DNA of 64,000 nucleotides, from NCBI GenBank assembly GCA_963723985.1, contig CAVRTC010000017.1, positions 94,108 to 158,107 of the forward strand, in the 5' to 3' direction. The notes under the pieces were generated by a model that saw only the letters and a list, made by a program, of their open reading frames with translations, made no database searches and was not told the origin of the DNA. Of this stretch, positions 10,110-20,107 are shown one piece after another. Numbering within the stretch: the stretch's first letter is position 1; the number at the start of each line of letters is the position of its first letter. A program made the translations under genes and the position numbers. Origin of the DNA: an uncultured Actinomycetes bacterium. Its GTDB lineage: Bacteria; Actinomycetota; Acidimicrobiia; IMCC26256; BP-133.

Positions 10110-10912
10110 GCGGCGTCGTGATCGCTAGATTCCTGCGCGACACGCGCCGATCAACGGCGTGGTGGGCATTGGGCATGGTCGCGCTCGTCGTCTTCACCGT
10201 GGCGTTCTATCCCAGCGTGAAGGGCAACGAGGCCTTTGACCAACTCTTCGAGGACCTTCCCCAGGCAGTGCGGGCGCTGGTCGGCGCCCAGGAGGGCATC
10301 CCCCTGACGTCACCTCCTGGCTACCTTCACGCGCGGCTGTTCTCCGTGATGGTCCCGGTGCTGCTCATCACGTTGGGGATCGGGCTCGGCGCCCGGGCCA
10401 TTGGCGGAAGCGAAGGTGATGGAACGCTCGAGTTGCTGCTGGCTCAACCTGTCACCCGGTTGCGGGTCGTCACCGAACGTTACGGGGCGGTGGTGGCCGT
10501 CCTCGCCGCAGTGAGCGCCACCCTCACCGTGTCACTCATCGCGCTTGGCCCGATCGTAGGTCTGCTTGACGGCATCGCGATCGGTGCTCTGCTCGCGGCG
10601 ACTGGCGCCGCGTTCTGTCTGGCGTTGATGCACGCCACACTGGCGTTCGCCGTCGGATGCGCCACCGGACGCTCGGGGCCCGCAGTGGCGGCCGGCACGT
10701 CGGTTGCAGCCGGGGGTTACCTCCTTCAGGGCGTGGTCGCCGCGAGCGGCGGGCGGCCGGTTGTTGAAACGCTGTCGCCCTGGCACTGGTACTTGGACCG
10801 CAACATCCTGATCGACGGCCTGGCGCTCCTGGCGGTGATCGGCCCCGTTGTCGTCGGGGCTCCTCTTTTTGTCGCCGGTTGCTGGCTGTTCAACCGGCGA
10901 GACCTGCACTGA
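10106..10912 (+). CDS. ABC-2 type exporter permease
   Basis: Six TM segments, GTLELLLAQP, C-terminal RRDL; ATGA overlap. Confidence 0.9.
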   Translation: MSGVVIARFLRDTRRSTAWWALGMVALVVFTVAFYPSVKGNEAFDQLFEDLPQAVRALVGAQEGIPLTSPPGYLHARLFSVMVPVLLITLGIGLGARAIGGSEGDGTLELLLAQPVTRLRVVTERYGAVVAVLAAVSATLTVSLIALGPIVGLLDGIAIGALLAATGAAFCLALMHATLAFAVGCATGRSGPAVAAGTSVAAGGYLLQGVVAASGGRPVVETLSPWHWYLDRNILIDGLALLAVIGPVVVGAPLFVAGCWLFNRRDLH

Positions 10913-11084
10913 TTGCTGTTCCTCACCACGTGGAACGTCGCGCCATTCGGCCACGGCGGGCTGCTGCCGTTCCGCGTCATCGTCATCGGATCGCGACCGG
11001 GCGGCCACGGCGACGCGATCCGTGTTCGCCAGACTGCGGTGGGAGCCTTGCTAGGGATCACTGCGCATCCGGGAGATTGTTGAC

Positions 11085-11387
11085 GTGTTCGAATTGACCA
11101 GCCGTGCCGCCGCCGCCCTCACCGAACGCCGTGTCATGAACGGCCTCGCCGAGTCGATCGCCATCCGGATCTCAACGTCGGACTCTGACAACGGCTCGGG
11201 CCCCGGGTACAAGCTGCGCTTCGCCTCTCATCCGTTGCCTGACGACCTCGAGCTGGAGAGCAACGGGACCAAGGTCTTCCTGGCCGCCGGGCTTGCCGAA
11301 CCGCTCGGGGGTTCCGTTCTCGACGTGGTGGACACGCCGAAGGGCCCGCATCTCGTCCTCAAGCACGGGCCCTTGACCGAACGCTGA
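11085..11387 (+). CDS. HesB/IscA-fold protein lacking cysteines
   Basis: LTSRAA...IRI...YKLRF...PDD...NGTKVFL...L...VLD pattern. Confidence 0.7.
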   Translation: MFELTSRAAAALTERRVMNGLAESIAIRISTSDSDNGSGPGYKLRFASHPLPDDLELESNGTKVFLAAGLAEPLGGSVLDVVDTPKGPHLVLKHGPLTER

Positions 11388-11399
11388 GGGCGATCGCGA

Positions 11400-11437
11400 C
11401 CGGATCGCGATCTTGGCGTCATCAGATCGCGATCCGG
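11400..11437. terminator. 14-bp stem hairpin between convergent genes
   Basis: CCGGATCGCGATCT / AGATCGCGATCCGG. Confidence 0.6.
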
Positions 11438-11445
11438 CCGGGGAT

Positions 11446-12030
11446 CTAGTGGTTGGCGAAGAAGATTGGAGTTGCCGACTGTCGGGCGCAGATGTGGTAC
11501 CGGCCAGGGTCGAGCAGCATCTCCCGGGTGAACATCCGGCCCGGGCTGGCCGCCATCTCGCACAGGAGCCGGAACTCCGTGCGGGTCAGGTGGACGTCCT
11601 CGCCATTGCGGCGCACCAACCCCTCGTCGGGGAGGACTTCGAGGTCGCCGCCGAGCCGGATCACCGGCGACGGCGCTTCCATCCCCCGAGCCCGGCGGAG
11701 CAGGGCCCTGATGCGGGCGGCGAGCTCCTTGGGCTGGAACGGCTTGGTGACGTAGTCGTCGGCCCCAGCCTCGAGGCCGGCCACCACATCGAATGTGTCC
11801 GACCGAGCGGTGACCATGATGATGGGGACGGTGCTCCGCCGGCGGAGCGACCGGCAGACTTCAAACCCGCTCTGGTCGGGCAGCATGAGGTCGAGGAGGG
11901 CGCAATCGGCCGGGTGGCGCTGAAAGGCCTGCAGCGCCTCCTCGGCGGTGGCGGCCTCGTCGACGAGGTAATCCTCGTCCTCGAGGCCACCGTGCGGAAC
12001 TCGTCGTCACGAAAGACGGCGGATACGCCG
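11446..12030 (-). pseudogene. OmpR-family response regulator, C-terminally truncated
   Basis: LLDLMLP...GADDYVTKPF...LTRTEFRLL...TREMLLD, then unrelated sequence; recognition helix and wing missing; N-terminus also damaged. Confidence 0.75.
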
Positions 12031-12054
12031 TGCCACCGATCCAGTCGGGAACGA

Positions 12055-12093
12055 TCGTCATCCAACCGCAAAGAAACGGAGTCCTGTTCGCGG
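12055..12093 (+). promoter_or_regulatory. 39-bp conserved upstream box, copy 2
   Basis: TCGTCATCCAACCGCAAAGAAACGGAGTCCTGTTCGCGG (36/39 to copy 1). Confidence 0.75.
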
Positions 12094-12158
12094 TTCCTGA
12101 AGCCCATCCTGTCCTGGGCTTCGGATCGCTGAAGCTCGAATCGAGAGAGGGTAGATTG

Positions 12159-12626
12159 ATGAACGACCCGTCCCAGGTGATGCCCGGCCGGGCCAACATC
12201 CAGGGGCTCCAACTGCTCGAATCGTGCTCGTTCTACTGGATCTTTGACGGAGCGACGCGCCGGTTTCGACGGACGCCACGCGATGCCGCGGTCTGGCCCG
12301 AATCCTCGGAGGCCTGGACGGAGTACCACCATCTCGAGATCGACGACGCACGGTCGTGCTTCGTCGTCGGGCTCGACGAGGCGGGCAGCCGGGTCCTGCG
12401 GGCCTGGCTGCATACCGATCCCTGCCACCGCTGCGGCCGGGACGTGAGATCGACCGATGAACTGCAACTCGGGATCCTGGCGTGGAAGGGCCGGCTCCGG
12501 GTTCAAGACCATCGCTTCGCCCGGTCCCGTGACGGCGGACGGCATCCGCTGCGACCGTTCGGCGGATGGGGCCCGTCGCGTATGGGCACGATCACCGTGA
12601 GTGAGCGGAGGACCGGCTGTGGCTAG
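12159..12626 (+). CDS. Unknown Cys/His protein (copy 2, longer C-terminus)
   Basis: 45/78 identical residues to 8729..9028 in a hand alignment of the core. Confidence 0.8.
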   Translation: MNDPSQVMPGRANIQGLQLLESCSFYWIFDGATRRFRRTPRDAAVWPESSEAWTEYHHLEIDDARSCFVVGLDEAGSRVLRAWLHTDPCHRCGRDVRSTDELQLGILAWKGRLRVQDHRFARSRDGGRHPLRPFGGWGPSRMGTITVSERRTGCG

Positions 12627-12931
12627 GAGCGAGTTTCGGGTGCGGATGAACGGCGCCGTCTCGATCGTCGAGGTGCGAGGTCCGCTCGACGAGGAGGCGG
12701 CGGCGCATCTATGGAGCTCGCCGCCGCTGCCGCCACCGCCTGTCCGTCCGTCGAGATCGAACTCGACGGCGTCGAGTCCATGACCCAGGAGGCCGCCGCG
12801 CTTCTCCTCTTCCGGGACGCCCCCTGGCGGGCGCAGCCCGAGAAGATCACCCTCCGAGCCGGCGGCCGGCCTGGTCGTCAGGCCGTCCTCGCGCCTACGC
12901 TCGAAGGCGTGCCCGGATCCAGACGGCCTGA
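12619..12931 (+). CDS. STAS-like domain protein (copy 2, two indels)
   Basis: FRVRMNGAVSIVEVRGPLDEEAA...IELDGVESMTQEAAALLLFR; RBS GGAGG. Confidence 0.75.
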
Positions 12932-12938
12932 TGCGGGA

Positions 12939-12982
12939 GGCGGCCGGCACATCGTGTCGATGCGGACCATGTGCCGGCCGCC
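12939..12982 (+). terminator. 14-bp stem hairpin after STAS copy 2
   Basis: GGCGGCCGGCACAT / ATGTGCCGGCCGCC. Confidence 0.6.
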
Positions 12983-13022
12983 CCAGTTCGGTCTCGACGA
13001 CTCACGCTCTTCAGGCTGACGC

Positions 13023-14393
13023 ATGGCTCGATCCCGCCGCCTCCGGCTCCGGTCCCGGCTGCTGGCCGCGTTCGTCGGCGGTGCTCTCGTCCTCGTGGCT
13101 GGCGTCGCGCTCCTGAGCTACGGCCTGACGCGCCGGTATCTGCTGACCCAGCGGGAGACGTCGGCTCAGCGGCAGGCCCAGGCCAACGCCCGGCTGGTCG
13201 GAGGGGCGCTCCGCTCGGACAGCGACCTACCGCAGCTGCTCGCATCTCTGCAAAGCCCAGCCGGATCCAGCACGGTCGTGCTCCTCCATGATGGCCGGTG
13301 GTTCGCCGCTTCCTTGGACATCGGTCGGGACGCGATCCCAGCCCCGCTGCGACAGGCGGTGGTCGACGAGCAGAGCCGGGCCCGGCAGCGCTATGACCTC
13401 GATCACGTTCCGCGGCTGGCCGTCGGACTGCCGCTCCCAAACGGGGACGCTTACTTCGAAATCTTCCTTCTCCGGGAGCTCGACCGGACGCTGCGCACCC
13501 TGCGGGTGGCTTTGACCACCGCGGCGGCTGCGGCGATGATCGGCGCCGCCGGCCTCGGGGTGTGGGCGAGCCGCCGACTCCTCGATCCACTGGCGGAGAT
13601 CGGGGCCACCGCCACATCGATCGCCGGGGGGAAACTCGACGCCCGACTTGATGTGGGCAGCGAGGTAGAGCTCTCGGCCCTGGCCGACAGCTTCAACCAG
13701 ATGGTGGCCAGTCTTCAGCAGCGAATCGAGCGCGACGCCCGATTCGCCTCGAACGTGAGCCACGAGTTGCGCTCGCCGCTGACCGCACTCCGGTCCGCCG
13801 TGCAGAACATGGAGACACGTCGTGCCTCGATGGACGAGCGCACCGCCCGTAGTCTCGATGTCCTCTCCCGAGAGGTCGATCGCTTCGAACAGCTCGTTCA
13901 GGATCTCCTCGAGATCTCCCGGTTCGATGCCGGTGTCGTCCAGGCGTCCACCGAGGAGGTGTTCCTCGGTGAACTGGTCTTCCACGCCGTGGAGGCTCTC
14001 CCCGACCGAGACGTGCCGGTGGAGGTGGCCGCATCGGCGACTGACGCCGTCGTCCTGGCGGACAAGCGCCGCCTCGTGCAGGTGATCTTCAACCTCGTGG
14101 CCAACGCCCGCCAACACGGCGGCGGCGTCGAGCGCCTCCGGATCGAAGCCGACCAGGACACTGTCCGAATCGTCGTAGAGGATCGCGGGCCGGGCGTGCC
14201 GCCCGAAGACCGTGAACGGATCTTCGAGCGCTTCTACCGGGGCCGGCAGACGGGCCGCGCCACTGGTGGCGTCGGCCTGGGACTCGCCCTGGTGGCTGAA
14301 CATGCCCGGCTCCACGGCGGGCGGGCCTGGGTCGAGGGACGCGATGACGGTGGTGGCGCCCGTTTCGTGGTCGAGCTCCCGGTGGTCCGGTGA
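13023..14393 (+). CDS. HAMP-domain sensor histidine kinase (MtrB/CseC-like)
   Basis: 2 TM, HAMP, SHELRSPL, NLVANA, DRGPG, GVGLGL. Confidence 0.95.
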   Translation: MARSRRLRLRSRLLAAFVGGALVLVAGVALLSYGLTRRYLLTQRETSAQRQAQANARLVGGALRSDSDLPQLLASLQSPAGSSTVVLLHDGRWFAASLDIGRDAIPAPLRQAVVDEQSRARQRYDLDHVPRLAVGLPLPNGDAYFEIFLLRELDRTLRTLRVALTTAAAAAMIGAAGLGVWASRRLLDPLAEIGATATSIAGGKLDARLDVGSEVELSALADSFNQMVASLQQRIERDARFASNVSHELRSPLTALRSAVQNMETRRASMDERTARSLDVLSREVDRFEQLVQDLLEISRFDAGVVQASTEEVFLGELVFHAVEALPDRDVPVEVAASATDAVVLADKRRLVQVIFNLVANARQHGGGVERLRIEADQDTVRIVVEDRGPGVPPEDRERIFERFYRGRQTGRATGGVGLGLALVAEHARLHGGRAWVEGRDDGGGARFVVELPVVR

Positions 14394-14979
14394 GGCCCAA
14401 CGGCCGATCCCCGGCGGCCCTCGTCCTGGTTCTGCTGACCGTGGTCACCGTCGGCTGTGGGATTCCTCGTGATCAGGAGCCGATCAGGACACCGGGGGGT
14501 GTCGTGCTCCCAGCAGTGGCGCCGAGCGATTCGCTGCCTCCGGTCGGTGCGGCCGTACCGGAGACGGACGTCACGGTCTTCCTGGTGCGGGCTGAGCACC
14601 TCGTCAAGGTGGTCCGGAGCGCCCGCCGCGCCGACTTGACCGGGGCGCTCAACGTGCTCCTCGCCGGTCCGACAGAGCCCGAGCTCGGCGCCGGGCATAC
14701 GGACGGCCATCAGCCCCCAGACCGATCTCCGCTCCGCCCACCTCGAGGGTGACACGGCGGTCGTCGACCTCGAGCGCGGCCTTCGTTGAAGTCGGCGGCC
14801 AGGAACAGATCCTGGCCGTTGCCCAGGTCGTCCTCACGGCCACTGCCGTCGCAGGAGTCGGCCGCGTGCGGTTCCTGCTCGAAGGCCAGGGCGTCGAGAT
14901 TCCGCGGGCCGACGGCACCCTGAGCTCGGAATCCCTCGGACCGGCCGACTACCAGGGGCTGCTGACCACCGGTCCCTGA
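14390..14979 (+). CDS. GerMN-domain lipoprotein (frameshifted)
   Basis: Lipobox TVGC, LLAGPT, VDLS, AVAQVVLTAT; GTGA overlap with kinase. Confidence 0.8.
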
Positions 14980-14980
14980 C

Positions 14981-15517
14981 TCAGCCGACGTCGATGACGA
15001 CCCGGGGCGGCGAGCGCAATGTGGTCACCCGGAACGGGCGGCGGCGGTCGACGCCGATCGCCCATTTGACCGTGGCCTCGAAGCTACTCACATGACGGAC
15101 TTCGACGATCCGCCTGCCGCCATACGGCTCGACAGACTCAGGGCCCTGGTACGTCGATCTCGGGCGTCCGGTGTCGCGATGTCGGTGTCGCGAGCGGGGG
15201 AGAGCCTGACCACCAGGAATGCCTTGCCCCGGATCGGAACCGGCCGGCCGGAGCCGTCTTCGCGAATCGGGGCCGCCTCGTAGGCGACCCGATAGCCCCG
15301 GTGCTCCAACCCCCGAGGTCTGGAACTCGAACGTCGCCCGGTCGAAGCAGCGATGCGCCCCTGCCCTCACGTCGGTCAGGAACCGGACCGGTCGTGGTCG
15401 GTCCGGTTCCGAAGGGCCGAAGCCCACGGAATTCGCAGGACCGAGCCGCACCAGCCGGCGACTCGATCGCCAGCGCGGCAGAAAGCGCAAGCGCCCTGTA
15501 GTCGAATGATTCCGCAT
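14981..15517 (-). CDS. AMIN-like domain secreted protein (frameshifted)
   Basis: LTDVRAGAH.CFDR.TFEF...GYRVAY...DGSG...FEATVKWAIGV...PPRVVIDV. Confidence 0.75.
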   Translation of the reverse strand: MRNHSTTGRLRFLPRWRSSRRLVRLGPANSVGFGPSEPDRPRPVRFLTDVRAGAHRCFDRATFEFQTSGVGAPGLSGRLRGGPDSRRRLRPAGSDPGQGIPGGQALPRSRHRHRDTGRPRSTYQGPESVEPYGGRRIVEVRHVSSFEATVKWAIGVDRRRPFRVTTLRSPPRVVIDVG

Positions 15518-16194
15518 AGTTGTGGTCCAGAGGCATCGTCCCAACTGGGGACCGGCACGGGACGCGACCGGTCGCGATCTGATGAAGAAGGCGATAGAGG
15601 AAGGTGACGCCCCCAAGACCGGTAAAGAAACGTGCGTCCGTTTCAGGCAGGGGGTTTCGTCCATGATTTCAGGCTCTTCTGCCCCGAGGAACCGGGTCGT
15701 ACTCGTCGCCGCCTTCGGCAGCCTGCAATGCCGAAGCTGCCGCCCGTTTCCTGAGCGACCGGGGTGTACCGACCAAAGCGATCGGGTTGAGCAAAGCGGC
15801 GGCGGATTCGTCGTATGGCCCGGGAGGCACCGGAGGGTCGCACGACCCGTCATCTTCGCCGTCTTCGGCGGTGTTCTGACTGGGCTCGTCGGGAACATCC
15901 TGTGGAGCGCATTCGCTCCTGAGTTCCTGACCGCAGGTTGGAGGGTGATCGGCTTCCGTCCTCGTGGGCGCCATCGCTGCGGGCAGTATTGGGGTCGCGG
16001 TCGACAGCGGCCTCGATATTCCGTTGCAGGATGACCGGGCCGGACAACGCGCCGTCAACCCGTCGAGGAACGATGGAGCGCGCCGTTGTCGCTGTCGAGG
16101 AGTTCCACGTTGAGCGCGCCGCCGGGCTTCTCCGCCGCATTGGAGTCGGCAGGTTGCTCGTCGGGGGCGATGCCCACTGACGATGAAGCCGTGA

Positions 16195-16233
16195 TCGTTA
16201 CTGAACAGTAAAGAAACGGAGTCGTGTTCGCGG
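16195..16233 (+). promoter_or_regulatory. 39-bp conserved upstream box, copy 3
   Basis: TCGTTACTGAACAGTAAAGAAACGGAGTCGTGTTCGCGG (32/39 to copy 1). Confidence 0.7.
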
Positions 16234-16276
16234 GTTCTCGCGGCGCATGCTCGGTAGCAGGGAAGGATGAGGCGCT

Positions 16277-16504
16277 GTGACGACCTATCTGCACCGGTGC
16301 GGCGATTGCGGGGCGGCGTTCGAAACAAGCCGCCCAACCTCGGGCGCATACAGCTGCCGCACGCCGGGATGCAGCGGCCGTCCGGAGCGAGTCCTAGGTG
16401 TGGTGCTGTACCGGTCACGCCGAGCATCGGTCGTCGATGACGACGACTGTGGTAAACAAGTGCTGAGCTGGGGCGCTCGAGGCTGCAAGCTGGGGCATCG
16501 CTAG
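16277..16504 (+). CDS. FmdB-like zinc-ribbon protein
   Basis: MTTYLHRCGDCGAAFE...CRTPGC...ERVL. Confidence 0.7.
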   Translation: MTTYLHRCGDCGAAFETSRPTSGAYSCRTPGCSGRPERVLGVVLYRSRRASVVDDDDCGKQVLSWGARGCKLGHR

Positions 16505-16534
16505 GCTGCAAATCGCTGGGCTGACGCTCCCATT

Positions 16535-17112
16535 TTGAAGGCGCGGGTTCCCCGCCGTCGGGGATTCCAGGGGAGGTCAAATTGCTCCGTCGACCGCGCC
16601 TTTATCACCCTCGCCGTGTCCGGCAGTTTGCTGGTCGGCGTGGCCCGCCCCGCTGCAGCGGAAGCGGACTTGGTACAGAAGAAGAGCATCCGGGGGCCGC
16701 ACGGCCGATCCGGCAAGGTCTTGCGGTACGTCGACCGCAAGGATGGCGATATCTTGAACTATCCTGAAGATCGTGGCCGAGGACTCGGATGGCGGCGGGG
16801 GGAAGTGCACCGAGACATGGATCGACTATGCGACAAAGCCGCACCGGCACTTCAATCCAGGACTGCTCGTGAACTGCTCAGGGGGAACTCGACGGCTCTC
16901 GAAGGTGTTTCGCACCCCCTACGAGGGGATCTCCGGCGTTCAAATCGTCGTGTGCGAAGTGCCGAATACGTCAGGCACGGATCACGCGCAACGGCGGTAA
17001 TTGCCGCGGCAATCTCTCAGGCATCTACCTCCACTCGGGTCGCCGGTACCGGGACTTCCGCGTCGACGCGATCCAATGGCCGAGCGGCGTGAAGATCTGG
17101 AGGTCTCGCTGA
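16535..17112 (+). CDS. Secreted hypothetical protein (frameshifted)
   Basis: Signal-like ITLAVSGSLLVGVARPAAA; continues in ORF 16773 and a third frame. Confidence 0.5.
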
Positions 17113-17325
17113 TGGCCTGACGGACCAGGACCGCGTATTCGTCGGCGCGGCAGAGGGCGCATGGATCGACGGCCCCTGCGATGCAGCGGTTGGCGGAGGC
17201 CGCGTGTGTCGCGCACGTGCCATCGGGGTCCCGGCCGGGGACGAAAGTGAGGGTCAGTCAGCAGGGACCTTCGCCTTCCTCGTCGGTTCTGCGAAACCCT
17301 GTACAGCGCTTCAGGCCCTGGATAG

Positions 17326-17745
17326 TCAGTTGGCTGTTCCGCGCTGGACAATCCATTTGTGCGGCTGGCCGGTGAGGCCGGCCACCGCCTCGAAGTCGGC
17401 GTCGTAGTGGAGCACGGTCAATCCCCGGGCCTCGGCGACGGCGGCGACGAGGGCATCGACGAGGGAAAGCCTTCGGTGCTGACTGTCTTCGGCCAGCATC
17501 TGCTGGACTTCCAGTGCTCGATGATGGTCGGCGTCATTGGTGGGGCTTCGGTCATAGGCGGCGAGGCCGTCCATCAGGGTGCGGTAGTCGTCGGGGCTGC
17601 GGGCCGTGACGCCCAGCTCGAAGACGACTGGGGCGCAGAGGGCGATCTCCCCGGCGGCGGCGAGCGGGGTGAACACCTCGGCCACCCCCGCCTTGCCCAG
17701 GCGGGTCAGGACGCTGCTGTCGACGAGGTAGGTGGCGCGACCCAC
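17326..17745 (-). CDS. vapC: VapC PIN-domain toxin
   Basis: YLVDSS, VFEL, DALVAAVAE, VLHYDADF. Confidence 0.92.
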   Translation of the reverse strand: MGRATYLVDSSVLTRLGKAGVAEVFTPLAAAGEIALCAPVVFELGVTARSPDDYRTLMDGLAAYDRSPTNDADHHRALEVQQMLAEDSQHRRLSLVDALVAAVAEARGLTVLHYDADFEAVAGLTGQPHKWIVQRGTAN

Positions 17746-17964
17746 TTATCGGTCGGCCAGGTCGTCGCCACCCCAGGCGTGGTCGACGAGCTCGAAGTCG
17801 AAGCGGTCTTCCTGGGAGAGGAGATCAATGAGCGCGAGGCGCTGTCGAGCCCGCACGACCTCCCGCAGCGCAGCGTCGATGGTCGCCCTGAGTGTCGTCG
17901 TCCCCAGGATGGCCGCCGCCTCTCGTACGATATCGGCGTCTACTTCGACAGATGTCTTCGCCAT
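17746..17964 (-). CDS. vapB: VapB antitoxin (RHH)
   Basis: MAKTSVEVDAD...LGTTT...TIDAALREV; directly upstream of vapC; leaderless (TATCAT). Confidence 0.9.
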   Translation of the reverse strand: MAKTSVEVDADIVREAAAILGTTTLRATIDAALREVVRARQRLALIDLLSQEDRFDFELVDHAWGGDDLADR

Positions 17965-18067
17965 ACCAAGATGATATCCGCTTGTCGCCTCGAAGGAGCA
18001 AATCGGCGTCGCGGCCCTGCCAAGGTTCGCGCTTCAGGTCCGGCAGATTTGTGCCGATAGCTCCCAT

Positions 18068-18286
18068 ATGGAGAATCCGTTCGTCCTCGCCAGCGTCCAG
18101 ACCGACACCGTGGCCACCATCGCCGATCTCGTTGTCGACCCCGACCGCTGTGAGGGCGCTGTCATCTTCCACCAGAACCGCCGGGTGATGTGCTTCCCCG
18201 CCGGCCACCAGCCGATCCTGGCCCGCAGCCGGGCCAAAGAACTGGCCACGGTGGAGCTCTACCTCCCGCTCGGGTCCGCCAACTGA
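18068..18286 (+). CDS. Hypothetical protein
   Basis: 72-aa ORF with host-like codon bias. Confidence 0.6.
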   Translation: MENPFVLASVQTDTVATIADLVVDPDRCEGAVIFHQNRRVMCFPAGHQPILARSRAKELATVELYLPLGSAN

Positions 18287-18316
18287 TCTGACGGCTTGCG
18301 CCTGCATACTGGGTTG

Positions 18317-18586
18317 ATGTGAAGGGATCTCCTGGTCGCTCCCGGTCTGGCGCTGCTGGCGGCTGTGGTGGCGGTCTTCCTGCCGGTCCAGCAGACGGTC
18401 ATCTCCCAGTCCGGTCCGGGGCCCCTGCAGACCACCGAACTCGAATTCGCCTACCGCAGCCTCCTCCAGACGGAGGGGGCCTCGGTGCTGGTGGCCGCCG
18501 GCCTCCCTGTGCTTGTCGCTCTGCTGCCGCTCGCCTTCGCCGCCATCCTGATCGCTCGCCGATCCTCAACCCCCGGGCCGGCCTGA
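18317..18586 (+). CDS. Small membrane protein
   Basis: Two hydrophobic segments; CATACT 6 nt before ATG; indel near start. Confidence 0.55.
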
Positions 18587-18650
18587 CCAGCGACCGTCCG
18601 GTGAAGGCGGGGGTAGTCTCACGCCCCTGGGCTCGGCCGGAGGGCGAGGG

Positions 18651-20005
18651 GTGCACCCGAAGACGAGGTACGCCAAGAGCGGTGGGGTGAGCATCGCCTA
18701 CCAGGTCGTGGGTGACGGCCCTCTCGATCTCGTCTTCACCCAGGGATACGTCTCGAACGTCGAGTTCTGGTGGGAGATGCCGAGTGCGCCGCGGGCCCTC
18801 GAGCGCCTGGCGTCCTTCTCCCGCTTGATCCTGTGGGACAAGCGGGGGACCGGCCTGTCCGATCCGGTCGTTACGGGTCCCGACCCTGGACGAGCGGGTC
18901 GAAGACCTGCGGGCGGTCATGGACGCGGCCGGCTCGGAGCGGGCCGCCTTGCTTCGGGATCTCCGAGGGTGGGCCGATGGGGATGCTCTTCGTCGCCAGC
19001 CCATCCCGAGCGGACATCGGCCCTGATCCTCTACGGCGTCTACCGCCAAGTTCAGTATGGGCCCGGACTGGCCATGGGGCTGGAGCCCCGGAGATGCTGA
19101 GCGGCTGGCTGGAGAGGTCGAGCGGTACTGGGGCGAGGCGGGCCATCGACCTGTTCGCCCCGAGCCGGGCCGACGCCGAGGCCTCCCGCCAGGTCCTGGG
19201 GCCGGTTCCAGCGGACCGGGGCGAGCCCGGCCATGGGCCGGGCCGTGCTACGAGGCGCTGGACGAGGTCGACTGCCGCGACATCCTGCCGGCCGTTCGCG
19301 TCCCGACGCTCGTCGTCCACCGCACTGGCGACCTCGTGGTGCGGGTCGAAGCGGGCCGCCACATGGGCGAGAAGATCCCCGGGGCCCGGTTCGTCGAGTT
19401 CCGGGCGACGATCACAACTACATGATGGGCGACTGCGACGCCATCATCGACGAGATCGAGGAGTTCCTCACCGGCGTCCGTCCGGAACGGGTGCGCGACC
19501 GCGTGCTCGCCACCGTGCTCTTCACCGACATCGTCGGCTCGACGGAACGGGCCGCCGAGCTCGGCGACCACCGCTGGCGGGAGCTCCTGGCGGCCCACGA
19601 CGCCCTCGTCCGTCGAGAACTGGACGCGCTACGGTGGCAGCGAGGTCAACACGACCGGCGACGGTTTCCTGGCCACCTTCGTCGGGCCGAGCCGGGCCAT
19701 CGAGTGTGCCTGCGCCGTGCACCAGGCCGTGCGCCGAGATCGGGATCGAGGTCCGGATCGGGCTGCACACCGGCGAGTGCGAACTCATGACCGGTGGGCA
19801 GGTCGGGGGGCTCGCCGTCCACATCGGCGCCCGGGTGGCGGCCCTGGCCGGGCCGGGCGAGGTTCTGGTGTCGAGCACCGTGAAGGACCTCGTGGCGGGA
19901 TCGGGAATCCGGTTCACGGATGCGGGCGCGCACCTCCTGAAGGGAGTGCCCGGCCAATGGCAGCTGTTCGCCGCCTCGCCCGGTACCCGCCTCGCCACCC
20001 GGTAG
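18651..20005 (+). CDS. Alpha/beta hydrolase - class III adenylate/guanylate cyclase fusion (LipJ-like), frameshifted
   Basis: [54 protein letters not shown]. Confidence 0.9.
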
Positions 20006-20107
20006 CCCCCGCTGGGCGCAACCCCGGGGGCACTCGTCGCCGTCTGCTTGATTCGCTCCGTGGTCGCCTGGTAAGCGGTGAGTGACACAACGGCCAGGGG
20101 GAGTCGA

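Noticed and set aside
15660-16180. Membrane protein gene
   Set aside because: Hydrophobic fragments lie in several frames, but no consistent gene could be reconstructed
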